This document shows positions 35,269-49,118 of a DNA stretch of 64,000 nucleotides, piece after piece (position 1 is the first letter of the stretch; the number at the start of each line of letters is the position of its first letter). The notes beneath the pieces are model-generated. The model was not told the DNA's origin. It did not search any database and saw only the letters and a program-made list of their open reading frames with translations. A program made the translations under genes and the position numbers. The DNA is from Selaginella moellendorffii (Eukaryota; Plantae; Lycopodiophyta), in NCBI RefSeq assembly GCF_000143415.4, contig NW_003314262.1:5287876-5351875 (forward strand). The letters run 5' to 3'.

Positions 35269-37398
35269 CTACGTTGCTTTGGAGCCACCGTGCTTGGCCT
35301 GGAGAGCTTGAGCTTCCGCCAGTGAAAGCGCCATAGCCAGCATCATCTGCTCTTCAAAGCTCTCGGGCACTACACTCGCAGTTGACGCTGCCGAATCGTT
35401 CGCCGCCGGTTGTAGCAGAGCTGCCGCTCCACCGGGATTACTTCCATTCGTCCCAGGAGCAGCAGCACTGGCAGCTCCACCACCATTCCCTGGATCATCC
35501 TCCTCCGGAGCTTCCCACGGCAGTAGCGATGGCACGCTGCTACAAAAGCTTGTCCCAGCCTCGACAACCTCGGACCCCTGGTCAAGCAACGCATCAGGCG
35601 ACACTTCCACGCTCATCCCTCGACGAATCCATCTTGTTAAGTTCTCGTTATTGTTGCTGGTGTTGGTGCTGGTCATGCTGGTGTTGGTGTTGGAACCTGT
35701 TGCTCTTAGCGTTGTCAAGGCCATTGCCGCTGCCTCTACACCCGATTCCTCCACGCTCGACTTCTCCGCTTTCTCCTCAGTCAAGCTCTCGTCTGTCCCA
35801 GAAACTATTCGTATATGTTCTTCCAGGGACTGCGTCTCGCTGGAGCCGTGAGCGTTTGAGACGGCCCCACTGTCGTTGGACTCGGCGTCACTCTCCCCGG
35901 CCGGTTCCATCCCTCCGGTGTTTCCAGTCACCTGTCTCTCGGCCAGTGCGGCGATAGCGGAGGCAAAGCCTCCAGTGACGGACCCCCTCCTCCCTCGAAT
36001 CTCCGACGGCTCCAGGTTCGTCAGTGGCGAGTCTTGGATCTCATACTGCAAGCCATTCAATGCCGATGGGAATGGATGCTCGGAGATGCTGTCTATTGGA
36101 CGTTGGTTTCCTTGTTCCTGGGAACATAGAGCTCTGGTTAGTAAACGACAAGGTCTCATAAATTCTTCACAATCTAGCTACCTGGATAGAAAGCCAGATG
36201 GCCTCCATGACCATTATATCCTCGAGATCCAAGTCAAAATCTTCGTCTCTGCACGGCCAAAAGGTGACAAAAAGAAAAAGAATAGACGAATGAGCAACCA
36301 AAAGAGACAAACGCAAGACTTTTTGTACCTGTTATATGGAGCATATCCTGGGCCATCACCCGACGAACTATTGCTCCAAGCAGCACCTCTTCTTCTGGCG
36401 TTGAATGACGAGGAGTTCCTGGCGGATGTCGAAGAAAACGTATTATGTCTATTTGAATCTCTTTGGCCTCCTTGTTGCCACGGAGATTCTGAATCAGACC
36501 TTGATGGATAAGTAAAAATGTCGGTTTGAGGGTAGCCGATGGCCGTGTTGCCGTCGGCATTTGTCCATGGATCCCAGCTCCTTTCCGGCGGTAAAGCTGG
36601 CTCCTGGGACCTTTCCTCTGGAGTTGTTGTTTCCTGCTCGGCTTCCCCTGCTGCAACTGCAACTATTGGCGAGCCTTCTCGGGGAGCTTGTTCTTGCCTC
36701 TGCAAGCGCGCTTCCTCGTCCTGAATTTCTTGTTGTCGCCTGATTCTGATCTTTGCCTCTATAACCTTTTGCTCTTCCTGGAAACACAAAACACTTCATG
36801 CTGGTGCAAGAGAAGCATTGACAAACCATACCGCTTGCTCGACACCCTTTTCCTCGAGGGTCTTCGCGCCAAGATACTCCACCGCGTAGTTGGGCGTTTT
36901 GCAAAACGGACACCTACAGCAAGTCAAGAAGAACGGCTTAGAAGAGATACTTAAAAGCACTGCTTGGAGTCATACTGTGTAGGCCGGGTAGAATTCGGAG
37001 ATTTCACTTGCAAGAAACACTCTGAAAAAATCAAAGAAAGAAAGAAACCAAACACACAGAGTAAGTTGAAACGAAGAGAACCGATAGAGAAATACCTGTG
37101 CAAATGCCTTTAGTACAACACTTCGATCGATTCAGGCTTGGATAATGCTGCCACCAAGAACAAAGAAAATTAAGAAGAAGGTACTACACATAAACCAAAG
37201 ACTTACCAAAAAACAAATGGGACACTCGTCAAGATCGATGGCAGCATCCTCGGCTCCCGGGTAGCAAGGAGCAAGCTTGGCATCGATGATAAGCCTTCTC
37301 AGTTTCTTGTGATCGACGTCCTTGTGCTGATACAAGCCCTGGGGCCTCGTGTAGCGATCGTCAATCTGGGCGCGCCTTCTCGCGAATTTGTTGCCCAT
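35269..37398 (-). CDS. DA2: RING E3 ubiquitin ligase of the GW2/DA2 family
   Basis: [37 protein letters not shown]|[16 protein letters not shown]|ECFLQ..CPFCKT.NYAVEY, and C-terminal [19 protein letters not shown]. Confidence 0.9.
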
Positions 37399-37929
37399 GA
37401 CAACGGCTCGAGCACGCTATCCCGGAACTCGTCCTAGCATCTATCCCGGAATATCACAATCCATTGCTCGATTTACCCGCGGGACGAAGAAACGCATGGC
37501 GCCAATGCCCTAGCGAGGCCAGGACGCGGAAGAAGAGTAGCAATCCCTACCGAAGCTCTCCACGACGAATCGTCTTATTCTTTCTCAATCGCGGCCGAGG
37601 AGCAATCAATCCATCCATTCCGCGCAGCAGTGCCCAGTGCCGATGCGCGACGGCAGCGCTGTGGAACGATCAATCGATCGAGGGACGCGATAGGGACGCC
37701 GAAACGCAACAACGCGATACAGGGAGCCCTAGAAAAAAATGGTACCACGAGGGAATATCCAACCCTTTTGCATTTCTTTCGGCGTGGACGGCCACGATTG
37801 CGAGGATCGCAAACCGACGGCTCGATATTGCGCCCTCCACGATGCTCGAGACCATTTCAACTTCTTGGCGAAATTTCTTGCTATAAAACTCAGCCTCGAT
37901 GACGATCAAACTTAAATCAAAGCTTCGCC

Positions 37930-38562
37930 ATGATCATCTCTACCAAGTTCCTCCTCTCTAGCTTCCTTGCTCTGTTGATCTATGGCATTCCAAGCACTGC
38001 CCTCTCATTCCGTGAAAGCACTCAGAGTGATGACCTCTCGATCCTTGCAAGTACACAGGATGATTTCTTTTCAATCCTTGCAAGTACACAGGATAATTTC
38101 TTTTCAATCCTTGCAAGCACCCAGAGTGATTTCCTCGGCGCTCACAACTCCGCAAGAGCTTCAATTGCGACGTCTCCAAGAATCCCTCCTCTCTCCTGGA
38201 GCAATGACGCCGCGGCATTTGCAATGAGATGGATCACAACGCTGAGAGACACGAGAAATTGCAACATGGTTCACTCGGGCAACAGAGCATATGGGGAAAA
38301 CTTATACAAATGGATGGGAAGTCCTGGATTGCCATCGCCAAATCCTGCGGAAGCCGTGAAGTCATGGGTGAACGAGAAGAGAGACTATCGGTATGCAAGC
38401 AATAGCTGTGCCGCTGGTAAGGTTTGTGGGCATTACACCCAAGTTGTGTGGAGGAACACCAAGAGAGTGGGGTGTGCGTCTATCAAATGTCCTGGAAATA
38501 TGCTGCTTGTGAGTTGCAATTATGATCCACCTGGTAATTGGGTTGGGCAGAAGCCATATTAG
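37930..38562 (+). CDS. PR1: Pathogenesis-related protein 1 (CAP/SCP) with N-terminal 11-aa repeats
   Basis: Signal peptide, FLGAHNSARA, YGENL, CGHYTQVVWRNT, CNYDPPGNWVGQKPY. Confidence 0.95.
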   Translation: MIISTKFLLSSFLALLIYGIPSTALSFRESTQSDDLSILASTQDDFFSILASTQDNFFSILASTQSDFLGAHNSARASIATSPRIPPLSWSNDAAAFAMRWITTLRDTRNCNMVHSGNRAYGENLYKWMGSPGLPSPNPAEAVKSWVNEKRDYRYASNSCAAGKVCGHYTQVVWRNTKRVGCASIKCPGNMLLVSCNYDPPGNWVGQKPY

Positions 38563-39909
38563 CAGATTAGAAAGTTCCCATGCATTTTCACAGCATAGCC
38601 ACAAATCCAATAAGTTTTCTTCTTGAGAATCATGGCAGCGTGTGTAGTTTTCTCGTTGACATCATAGCTTATAATAAATGTAAACTCACTGTTTCAATCA
38701 CAATCTATCAGCAAGGCCAAATTGATTAATACTTTTTTGACGCATTTTGTTATTATTGAAACGTCAAGTGAATTAGATGTGGCAAGAACTATGAATGAAT
38801 TAAATATTGCCTGGCATATAAGTTACCCAGTTGGCAAAGTTTTTCTGATTCACATGTTATCAAGAATCTATTGTTGGATCTCTAGGGCAGGATCCAGATC
38901 CATGCAACTGTTCTAGCACCAATTGTGATGATCTGCACATAGCAAGTATTAGGAAATACTTTTGAAACTACATTACACTTTCATGATATCCTCACAACTC
39001 AGATCCTCACCATTCCCTCTAAAGTAACCATGTCAAATGTAGCGTTAGATGGCAGCAATCTTGTGTGGCACCAGCGCTGCATCGTGCACACATTCCGTGA
39101 TGGGTCTGTCAATACGTCAGCAGACTCTTCACCCAAGGGGCCAAAAGGAAGAAGCCTTGGATTGAACATACCATCACCGCCAAGCCCCAGAATTGCAAGG
39201 AGCGCCCCTTTGTCGCTCATCCAGCCCTCCATTACAGGAACTACAGGAACATCGTTCTCACAATAGACCCTGCACGAAGGAAACAAAGCTTTTTCTCCTT
39301 GATCCAAAGCTTTTTCCGTCTCAACCAGTGTACTACTAATTTCTTTTCTTAATCCTTGAGCGCAGCCTTGGAGAGAGCAACCGAGCTTCCTCCATTCGCT
39401 CGCACCTAGACAGAGCGTCGAGGAGGTTCCAGTAACTCCAAGATGAGAGGAGAAGGCTCGCATGCCCTAGTCTTACCTGCCCATGCACGTCTAATTCACT
39501 ATAAAGTGTGTTAAGGCTGCTGTGCGAGATTAGTGTAAAGTTAGTGACAGAGCAAAGAGCGGTGTTGAGACTAAATTTGTACCTAACATCGCCGGCTCAC
39601 TCCCAAGGCTGGCCCGAACCTAAAATGGACAGCTGAACGATTAATGTCACAGAAATAGTAACTTTTTTTTAATGCGATTAAAAAAATTAGTACTGGAGTT
39701 TAAATAATCTTAAGCTTGCCTTAAAAACAATTCTGACTTTTTAATCTTTTGTACAACAACTCAAAAGCAATACTGATTTATTACGATGAGAAAATTAGAC
39801 ACATGCCAATGAGGCTATGCTTTGCAGAAGAGAACTTATTGGATTTGTGGCAATTTTATGCTGTGAAAATGCATGGAAAACCACTTCATAAAGTGAGTTT
39901 TCTAAGTTG

Positions 39910-40497
39910 CTAATATGGCTTCTGTCCAACCCAGTTACCAGGTGGATCATAGTTACAACTCACAAGCATCGCATTTCCTGGACATGTGATAGAAGCACAC
40001 CCCACTCTCTGGGTGTTCCTCCAGACAACTTGGGTGTAATGCCCACAAACCTTACCAGCGGCACAGCTATTCGTTGCATACGTATAGTCTTTCCTCTCGC
40101 TCACCCATGACTTCACGGCTTCCGCAGGATTTGGCGGTGGCAATCCAGGACTTCCCTGCCATTTGTATAAATTTTCCCCATATGCTCTGTTACCGGAGTG
40201 AACCAGGCCGCAATTTTTCGTGTCTCTCAGGCTTGTGATCCATTGCGTTGCAAATGCCGCGGCATCAGTGCTCCAGGAGAGAGGAGGGATTCTTGGAGAT
40301 GTCGAAACGGAAGCTCTGGCGGAGTTGTGAGCGTCGAGGAAATCACTCTGGGTGCTTTCAAGGATTGAGTAGAAGTCACTTTGGGTGTTTGCAAGGATTG
40401 AGAGGATATCACTCTGGGTGCTTGCGAGGATTGAGAGGCTGCCATAGATCAACAGGGCAAGGAAACTAGAGAGGAAGAACTTACTAGAGATGAACAT
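39910..40497 (-). CDS. PR1: Second PR-1 (CAP) paralog, convergent with the first
   Basis: Same motifs. The start at 40497 was assigned by homology of the context (agctt.gccATG.TCATCTCT). Confidence 0.93.
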   Translation of the reverse strand: MFISSKFFLSSFLALLIYGSLSILASTQSDILSILANTQSDFYSILESTQSDFLDAHNSARASVSTSPRIPPLSWSTDAAAFATQWITSLRDTKNCGLVHSGNRAYGENLYKWQGSPGLPPPNPAEAVKSWVSERKDYTYATNSCAAGKVCGHYTQVVWRNTQRVGCASITCPGNAMLVSCNYDPPGNWVGQKPY

Positions 40498-41404
40498 GGC
40501 TAAGCTGTAATCTAAGGACATCAAGTTTTATAGCAAGAACAAGTTCGATTGAAATGGTCTCGAGCAACGCAATATGACGAACATTCCGTGACGATCATCC
40601 TTAGAAGTTGAAAGGAGGGTGGAATGTTCAGCCCTCGATTTACGCTCCTTGCAATCGCGGCCGTCCACGCTGAAGAAATGCAGCGCTGTTTCAATCAGAA
40701 ATTGAAAAAAAAGCAAAATTCATAGAATAAAAGGGCAAATAGTAACATTTTAGAAGTTTAGTTTGACTTCTCTCCTCTAACTCAGACTCATTGTTGTTAT
40801 TACTCACGTTCTGCTGACCAATGCTTCTGATTGTGATTGCAGCAATTGTAAAAAAAGAAGTCGTTTTGGATTTTACATGATTTAAAACAAATAATATATT
40901 ACATTGGTGGCCATATTAACGTATGCAGAAAACCTAGTGAAACATAAAGAAATTTCTTGAGTACACACAACTCTGGAAGTTAGCTTTGATAGAATTTGTG
41001 GGGTTCCTTCTCCGAGTTCTTGGATCTAAAACAGCCCTGATTTCTCCACACTTCATCCTCGACCTCCCTCGCCATGAAGGTCACTGACTCCTTCGCCACC
41101 TCGGCCTTGAACGCGGGCATAAACGGGGATGTTGAGAACGGCCAAAGACGACAGTTGCGCCCCTTCCTTCTATTCCCGGCCCAAGATTTCCACTAGAATG
41201 GATCGAAAAAGTCTAGCTCGTGTTATACAGGGGAGGAGGATGACGTCTTTGATAGGGCAGCGAGGCTGGGATTTCCAATCTTACAAGTTATCCAATCTCG
41301 ACGCACGAGTTCTTTGACGAAGGGTTTTAAAACTGTCGGTCTTCTGTGAAATAGAAAGCTATTCGTGTCGCGTATCCTTTTACTGAGGGTTTCTAAAATA
41401 CACG

Positions 41405-43341
41405 ATGGCGAGCATTGGTGAATTTGAGCGAGCTTGTGAGAATGGAGCTTCGGTCCAGGAGGAGCTGCTGGCCGGCATTCTCCGCAAGAATGCAAGCACC
41501 GATTATCTCCAGAAGTTTGGGAGCCCCCAAACTCCAGCTGCTTACAAATCCCAGGTTCCAATCGTATCCTATGAGGATGTCGCCGGAGAGATTGAAAGGA
41601 TTGCATCCGGGGACGAGAGCCCAGTTCTTTGCCAGGACCCAATTATTTGCTTTTTCGCGAGGTAAGAATGTCTTTGCCGGAAGAACAAAGCAAAATCTCT
41701 CTTTTTCTAGTTTAATTGTCAAAATTTTCTAATTCCAGCTCCGGCACATCATCTGGGAAGCACAAGATTATTCCAGTCACTGCTGAGAATATGTCCGCCA
41801 CAACGAGAGCAATAGAACTTTCCAGTGCTTACAAAGCAAGGTATTTTGCTAATCTCAATATATCTTGTGAAGAACTTTGATGGTTCTGTGGAAATCTTTT
41901 AGATGTTTCCCGGAGCTTGGAAGTGGGAGAGTGCTCGGTTTGTACTACTGCATCGATCAATTTCATACCAAGGCGGGGATCTTGGTGGGAGCTGGCACCA
42001 CTTACACGATCAAGAACTACAGAAACTTCTCAAGTAAGTTCACGACTCCGTACGAGATGATCGTGTCCGGGTCAAACTGGCGGGAGCTGACGTACTGCCA
42101 CTTGCTGTGTGGCTTGATCCAGCGAGACGCGGTGGAACACATCGAGTCGATGTTTGCCTACACCATCTGCGAGTCTCTGAGGATCCTCGAGAGCGATTGG
42201 GAGGAGATTTGCAACGACATAAGAACTGGCAGCTTGATCAGCGGCAAAGTCACACACGCAAAGCTCCAAGAAGCTTTCGCGAGGTTAATTCTGGATTATA
42301 ACGAGCTGGATCGTGTCCGCAATGCCGAGGCCATCACCAAGATTTGCAGCAGAAAATCATGGTCTGGAATTCTTTCCTTGCTCTTCCCGCGAGCAAAACT
42401 GGTTTCCACAGTGGTGACCGGGGGGATGGCACACTTTGTTCCTCAGTTAAGAGATTACGCAGGTGTCAAGCTTCCAATCTCCGGGAAAGACTACTACTCG
42501 TCTGAGGGAGTTCTTGGGATCAACACAAACCCCGCTTCTCCTCTTGAGGAAGTCGTCTTCACAATTTTACCACACATAATGTACCACGAGTTTCTTCCGC
42601 TCGGTGCTAATAATCCAGCTGGTGAAATCCTGGCTCCACACGAGGTTGTCGTTGGGCAAGAGTACGAGATCGTCATCACGAACTTCGCAGGTTTGCCATC
42701 TTCTATCTTTTCTTGCAAATTTCTCACCCGAAGTGTTCTCTTTTCTTTAAGGATTATATCGATACCGAGTCGGGGACGTGGTGAAAGTATCGAGTTTTTT
42801 CCATGGAGTTCCTCAGCTGGCTTTCAGCCACCGCAAGAACGCGGTTCTGAGCGTCCAAAATGAGATGGTCGACGAGCAAGAGCTCCAAAATGTGGTGATG
42901 GAAGTATCAAAAGAGGCAGGGATCGAGGTGGCGAACTTCACAGCCTATGGCAATTCCACCGCTGTTCCTGCGCACTACGTGATCTTCTGGGAGCTCAAAC
43001 GCAGAGAAGGGATCAACAGAGAGCTCTTGGAGAGATGCTGCTCGAGTATAGACAGGTCTTTCAATCCGGGATACACTGGAAAGAGGCTGGATGAAGTGAT
43101 CGACTCGCTGGAGCTGGTGATTGTCAAGGAAGGGACGTTTGAGAGGCTGATGGAGGAAGCTGTGAGGAATGGAACATCGCCAGCGCAGTATAAAACTCCA
43201 AGGTGTGTGACCTCTCCAAGAATGCTGGAAGTTCTAGAGTCTGGACGCGTCCAGAGCTACAAGAGTGGGGAGATGCCTAGATCTGTGTTAGAGAGCTGGG
43301 AGCCAAGCTTTCCACAAGGCAGTGCATCGCGAGATGCCTAG
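41405..43341 (+). CDS. GH3: GH3 acyl-acid amido synthetase, intact, 4 exons (41405-41661, 41739-41840, 41903-42690, 42752-43341 approx.)
   Basis: Motif I SSGTSSGKHK, motif II YYSSEG, motif III YRYRVGD and C-terminal QYKTPRCV; splice phases are consistent. Confidence 0.9.
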
Positions 43342-46300
43342 AATATACCTGAAAAAGCATCCAGATTTGTCTCCAACAGAAGTCCGCCCCTCACCTCATT
43401 TTGTCTGGCTGAGATTTCTAAGAACAAACATAGTTAAGGTAGCAAAATCATAGTCAATACATACATTGGGCCAATTTCATGAGTTTTTCAAAGGTATAAC
43501 AGAATACAACCATTAAAACTTGATTTGAATCATTGAAGCTGGAGGAGATTTAGTTGTGACAATTGCGAATCCACCGCCACAGCTAAGATGGCTAATCTTC
43601 TTAAAAATTGCATCAACAAGAACATTGCTGCAGAAAAGATTGAGCTCTTGGTGGAGCTGCTATGTCTATTCCATTATCTTCCCCACTATCAACAAGATCC
43701 CATTGGAAAAAAAATCCTGTCCCAATTTCACCAGCTTCACAAGACATTATGAATCTTAGCAACATCTGGTTAAACCAAAAGAAAATTCTGAATGAGAAAC
43801 AATGCAATGTACCTGAGTGTAGGATTTGGTTCTGAAGTTCATCCTAGAAATCTAGAGGCAAGGGTAAGTTTCCATTAAGAATGTGTGCTGCGTTGACGAG
43901 ATCATTCTCATCAAAGGGAGCTTGTTGATTCGTTGCCAATGTCATCTCAGAGATAAATGCCAAGAATCCTAGTAAAACTTGCTTTGTGTTCTATGTTGAT
44001 GTCTTTGCTGTGGCTACTTCAAAACCTTAAGCTGCTTGACCATGTAGAGATCTTTAGCTTGTTGGTACTGAAGTTCCTATTTATTATAGGGCTTCCTCTA
44101 GCAAACTCTCAGCATGGAGGTTGGTCACTCTCATGTAGAAACTTTTTGCCAAAAATCCCATATCTAGTCTTATGGGATTTTCAGTAACCCACTTACCCAT
44201 ACTTGTGATGGAATACTTGGCTACAAACTTGTTACTTGCCATTGAGGAACTTTATACCCATTGCAAAGTAATGAAGCAAGGGTAAGTTATTGCCTTCACC
44301 ACAGCCTCAAAAACGTCTGCTAGAACTTCCTAAATTTAGGCATGTAGCCACTCTTTATTAGTAAATCACATATTTCTACCACTAAAAGCTTGAAAGGAAT
44401 TTATGAGTGGTTTGGCGAATTTGCTTATTGAAGTGTTGAGACAGATATTTCTTCCATGATGTTGTCAAAGTTGGTGTCTGTAAATATGATGGACCATGCA
44501 TGTAAAGCAATGGTGACCACCTTCATCTCCAAGAAGAGAATGCAATGCATAATAAACTTAATGACAGCTCAAGGGTCTCTCAATACCATATGCCAGCTTT
44601 CACATCCTTGCAAAGCTTTATTCTACCTGGCATCACCAATGGAAATGCACCAGCTATCCATACCACATTTTGCATGGTGTTCAATGGCTCCCACATGCAT
44701 GGGGCAGGTCCTCCTCAAATGCAGGCCACTGTATCAGTGCATCCCTACACTCATTGCATACTGTGTAGGGTAACACAATTGTGCATAAGCAATTGAGCTG
44801 CATCTTCACCATAAGGATTAAGAACATGCTTTTATTTCTTATAAGGAAAATTCATCTCATCTATATCAAAGTATTCAAGCAAAATAAGTTGCATTTCGCC
44901 TCATGTAGCTTATTTTGTTGGCCCCTCACATCATCCACCACCAACTGATTACCGACAAATATGCAATACACAAAGTACAACCAAGGGGAAAACAAGTTTG
45001 AACATGGATACAAAGCTTATGAACTCAAGGACATAAAACCCACGAATTTGGAGCCAATACAATGTTTTAACTCAACTATACAATGTTTTAACTATTTTGA
45101 CCTCAATGTTTTATATTTTTTAACACTAAAAAATATAAGTCTTCAATGAGTATCTTGATTTATGCATTTTTATTTATTTATTTATATAGCTTTATCATGG
45201 CAGTAGGCACATCATGTTCTGTTTATGCTCTACTACTTCAAGTAATTTATGTGAAGAGTAGGATATATTTTATATCAAGATGGGAACATTGTATTAACTC
45301 ACTTTTGTGCCAAAGCTAAATGCCTACTAAATGCTATAAAGTTCATAGCTAATCTCCTATGATGACAAGCTATTTGATTGTCATTTCTTACTTACATATA
45401 ATGCATATTTTAAATAAAGAATTGTATTTATAATCAATGCTCACCCTTCTACTTTTTGAAACCTGCACACGCATGATAAATTGTGATGCCTAAATTGAGA
45501 CAAAAAGTCACATACCTTACCACAACATCCACAATGGAGGCATTATGAACAAATCCTTGCACTCGTGTTTGCACAATTAGTCTTCACCCACCAATCAATC
45601 TTTTCCCTCAAACTCCTCAAAACCTACACATACAATAAGGGATCAAATGTATTGCAACACATATGGGGATAAGCTCATGAAAAAAACCTCATACTAGTGT
45701 TGCTTGCAAAAACCATAATTGCACTTCTTATGTGCTCAGAAGACAAGTTGCCCATATCTTTGTAAGAGAATAAGAGAGTGGCAAGCAAGAAACGACCTAG
45801 CAAAGAGATATATGTGGCAACATGATTGCATGCACCCATAAATGCTTCAGATGGCAAATGGTGTAAATCTATACAACAGTTTTCGCTTTAATTAAAAACG
45901 CTGTAACATTTCCATTTTACCCTTTCTAATATGGCAATGGCCCTTTTCTAGTCTTCTATATTTAACACGATGTGGCCTATGGACCCCAAACATATTACTT
46001 TCTAACCCTAGCAATTGAAATGTGATCAGAATATGTTTAAAAACCAAAAATCAAAATCACATAGACTCCCTTTTGGCCACCACATCATTCATGTATATTA
46101 TGCAAAATTAAAACCCTTTCAATTGAGTGCAAATTATTTGCTGATTAAATATTTTAAAAGTTTTTTTTGTCCTCCCAACTTGTTGGTTAGAGACTAGGCT
46201 CTTCTCTTTGTTGGTAATAAAAAAGGTATGCAGAAAACCAGTCAAACACATATTTTTTCCGGTAATCACAGCGAACTTTGGGTAAAAACACCTCTGTAAG

Positions 46301-47139
46301 TTGGCTTGAATTGGAATTTGTGGAAAATTATAAACATGATATAATCCACGAAGATAATTACTTGATCCTGCAAAAACTCGTCCATGCAGATCTCCCCTCA
46401 AGCTGCTCCACCATCTTCGCCAGTGCTGCTGCCACCATCCCTTCCTGGAGCTCCACTTCCTGCCCGTCAGCACCGACGCTCCAAGCCAGTGCCCATTGCT
46501 CGTCTCCGCATCAAGCACCACCTGCATTCGACACTTGCTCTCGCGAAAACTCGCTCTCCATCGCCAACGCCAGCTTCTGGCAGCCCTGGATCTCTTTGGA
46601 ACCTCAGCCTCGAGCGCTACACGCCCCGGACACACGTATGCCGTACACTTCGTGACGGCCCCGCGCAGGTACGCGCCCCACTCCCAGCGGGCATGACCCC
46701 TGCCTCTCCTCGCACACCTCCACAGCGCGACAAACCTTGCTAAAGTTGGCAGGACGACGCGCTTGAGGTACTGGAAAGGTGGCGAGAATGGTGCCACCGT
46801 TGAGGGCGAAGGTGGAGCTGCCGGATCCGATGCGCGGGTGGAGTCTTGGTCCAGGTGTCAAAACCCTAAACTAATCAGACATGGGGTTCGTGATTCAGTG
46901 CCCGGTGGTGAGCTTCGAGGATGCCGCGAAGAGAAATACTCTTGGTTTTCTAGTGAGTATTGGCGCGAACAAGGCTCGGGCTGTGAAGAGCAGTACGGAT
47001 TGTCCCGGGTCAAGAGCGTTCGGACATGTATACAGGGGAAGGACAAGTTTGCGTATGTTGTGGTGGATGACGCCTTTGATACGGCAGCGAGGCTGGGATT
47101 TCTAGGAACAAACCACTGATTTCCAATATTTGAATGGAA

Positions 47140-47699
47140 TAAAGTTTCTTGGGAATCCGAGTTCTTTAAAATTGTCCTCTTTGGTGAAATAAAAAGCTAT
47201 TCGTGTCACGTTTATCACGTTTAATACACGATGGAGAACATTGGCAATAATGGAGCTTCGGTCCAGGAGGAGCTACTGGGCGGCGGAAGAAAGGGAGCAC
47301 CCATTATCTCCAGAAGTTTGGGAGCCCCCAAATTCCCAATCGTAACCTATGAGGATGTCGCCGGAGAGATTGAAAGGATTGCGTCCGGGAGGGCCAGTTC
47401 TTTGTCACGAGGTGAAATCCTCGCTTGACACGAGGTTGTCACTGGGCAAGAGTACGAGATCGTCATCACAAACTTCGCAGGTCTTAGTTTCTATCTTTTT
47501 CAACTTTTTTTTCTTTCTTTTTTTTCTCAGGATTATATCGATACCGAGTGGGGATGTGGTGAAAGTATCGAGTTTCTTCCATGGAGTTCCTCAGCAAACT
47601 CAGAGAAGAGACCAGGAGAGAGCTCTGGGAGAAATGCTGCTCGAGCATATACAGGTTTTTCAATCTGGGATACACTGGAAAGAGGCTGGATGGAGTGAT
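47140..47699 (+). pseudogene. GH3 pseudogene, 5' half (heavily deleted, with upstream flank)
   Basis: Blocks match the GH3 upstream region, exon 1, the end of exon 3, the intron and exon 4, up to ...gaggctggatggagtgat. Confidence 0.9.
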
Positions 47700-49118
47700 G
47701 TCTAGGTTTCGTGAGAAGCGACAAAAAGAAAATTTGTGGTGATTCTATAAAAGGGAAGATTTTTCTAAATTTTAAACCCTAGTATCATATGTTGATCAAT
47801 TTAAAAAGTTTACATGAAGAAAACTAGAGAAGAATTGAAAAGTTCTTGGATTGTAAACAGCATGATATGTCTCTTCTTCCCATGACCAGACTCCCCAATG
47901 AAAACATATAGTAGATAGTTTAGCTATGATTTTGCTTTTGCATTTGTCTCTTGATAACAACCATACTTCAAATTATTGAAGGGATAGGGATGTTAATGCG
48001 AAGTTAAATAATTAGAAATTCTAGAATATTTAAGAATATCTTAGGTATATCCACATCTATATAAAGATTAGTGTTTCTTTAGCTAATAAAAACTTCAATT
48101 AAATTTAAACAGATAAATTTTCTAGAATGTTAAATATTTTTCATTCAAACCTATAATAAAAAAAACTAAATATAGATCAAAATAATTCATGTTAATTAAA
48201 CATCACATATGTACCTCTTAGGATATTGCAAGTAAAGTTCTAAACATATTTACATTTACATGTATATGACTACCAAAGGCTATTATATATATAACACAGT
48301 TGAACATGATTAAAATAATGTGAAAAAACCTAATAAAAAATCTAGGAGAAATTTATATTGTTGTTTTTAATTAAGAATTAATATTAGTTAAATTTGTTCA
48401 AACACAAACAGAAAGTGACTTATAAGATAAAATACAATTACACTCCAACTCAATCTCTACTCCTCTATTTAAGAAGCTTTTTTCTAAGCAAAATACTTTT
48501 TATGTTAATATGATGTGGGTTTGGATGCTAATCTGACATTGTTTAAGAGACAATAAACAAATGCACACTTAGGTGTGCATGAGTTTATTCTTCAATTAAT
48601 GGTGTACTGAGCTTAAATAGATTTATACTAATTGAAAATATTAGCATTAAACACTAATTACATATATGCACTCACAAAAGTTAGAAAAAATAATTTTGTT
48701 GTGCGTTGCATACAGCAACGCTTGGTTTGCTTAATTGTAGTGTCATTCTTATTTAGTATTTTTGAATAATTCAATTGATTGATAATTATAAACATGTTTA
48801 TAATCTATAAATCAATATTAATATTATTCCATTAAAATAAATAAGAATATACTAAAAAGTGTTTAGGAAAATTTATAAATTTTTAATAGAAGATTAATCT
48901 AAATAAATAACAACCGTTAGATGGTAGAATATCCTAGAATATCTAAGCATATTCTAGATATACCTACAGGTTTTGCTTAAGCAAACCAAAAAGTATAATA
49001 CAATCTTAAACATAGAGCAATATTGTAAGCCTTGTAATTAAGCACAAAACATTGGTTAGATCTGTGACTACGTGGAAATAAAGCCAGGTGCCAAAATTTC
49101 AAAATATTATGTGCAATA

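Noticed and set aside
38017-38136. CRISPR-like array
   Set aside because: The repeats are contiguous in-frame coding units with no spacers, in a eukaryotic gene.
43400-47130. Coding genes in the spacer after the intact GH3 (including 46108-46797 and 46763-47119)
   Set aside because: The frames are broken or low-complexity and I recognise no family. This is probably decayed repeat or gene debris; 47030-47101 only shares a short block with the GH3 upstream region.
47695-47730. Canonical Helitron terminus at the insert's left end (CTAG plus a weak hairpin)
   Set aside because: CTAG is offset from the junction and not in an A|T target, and the hairpin is weak. This is not enough to classify the element.
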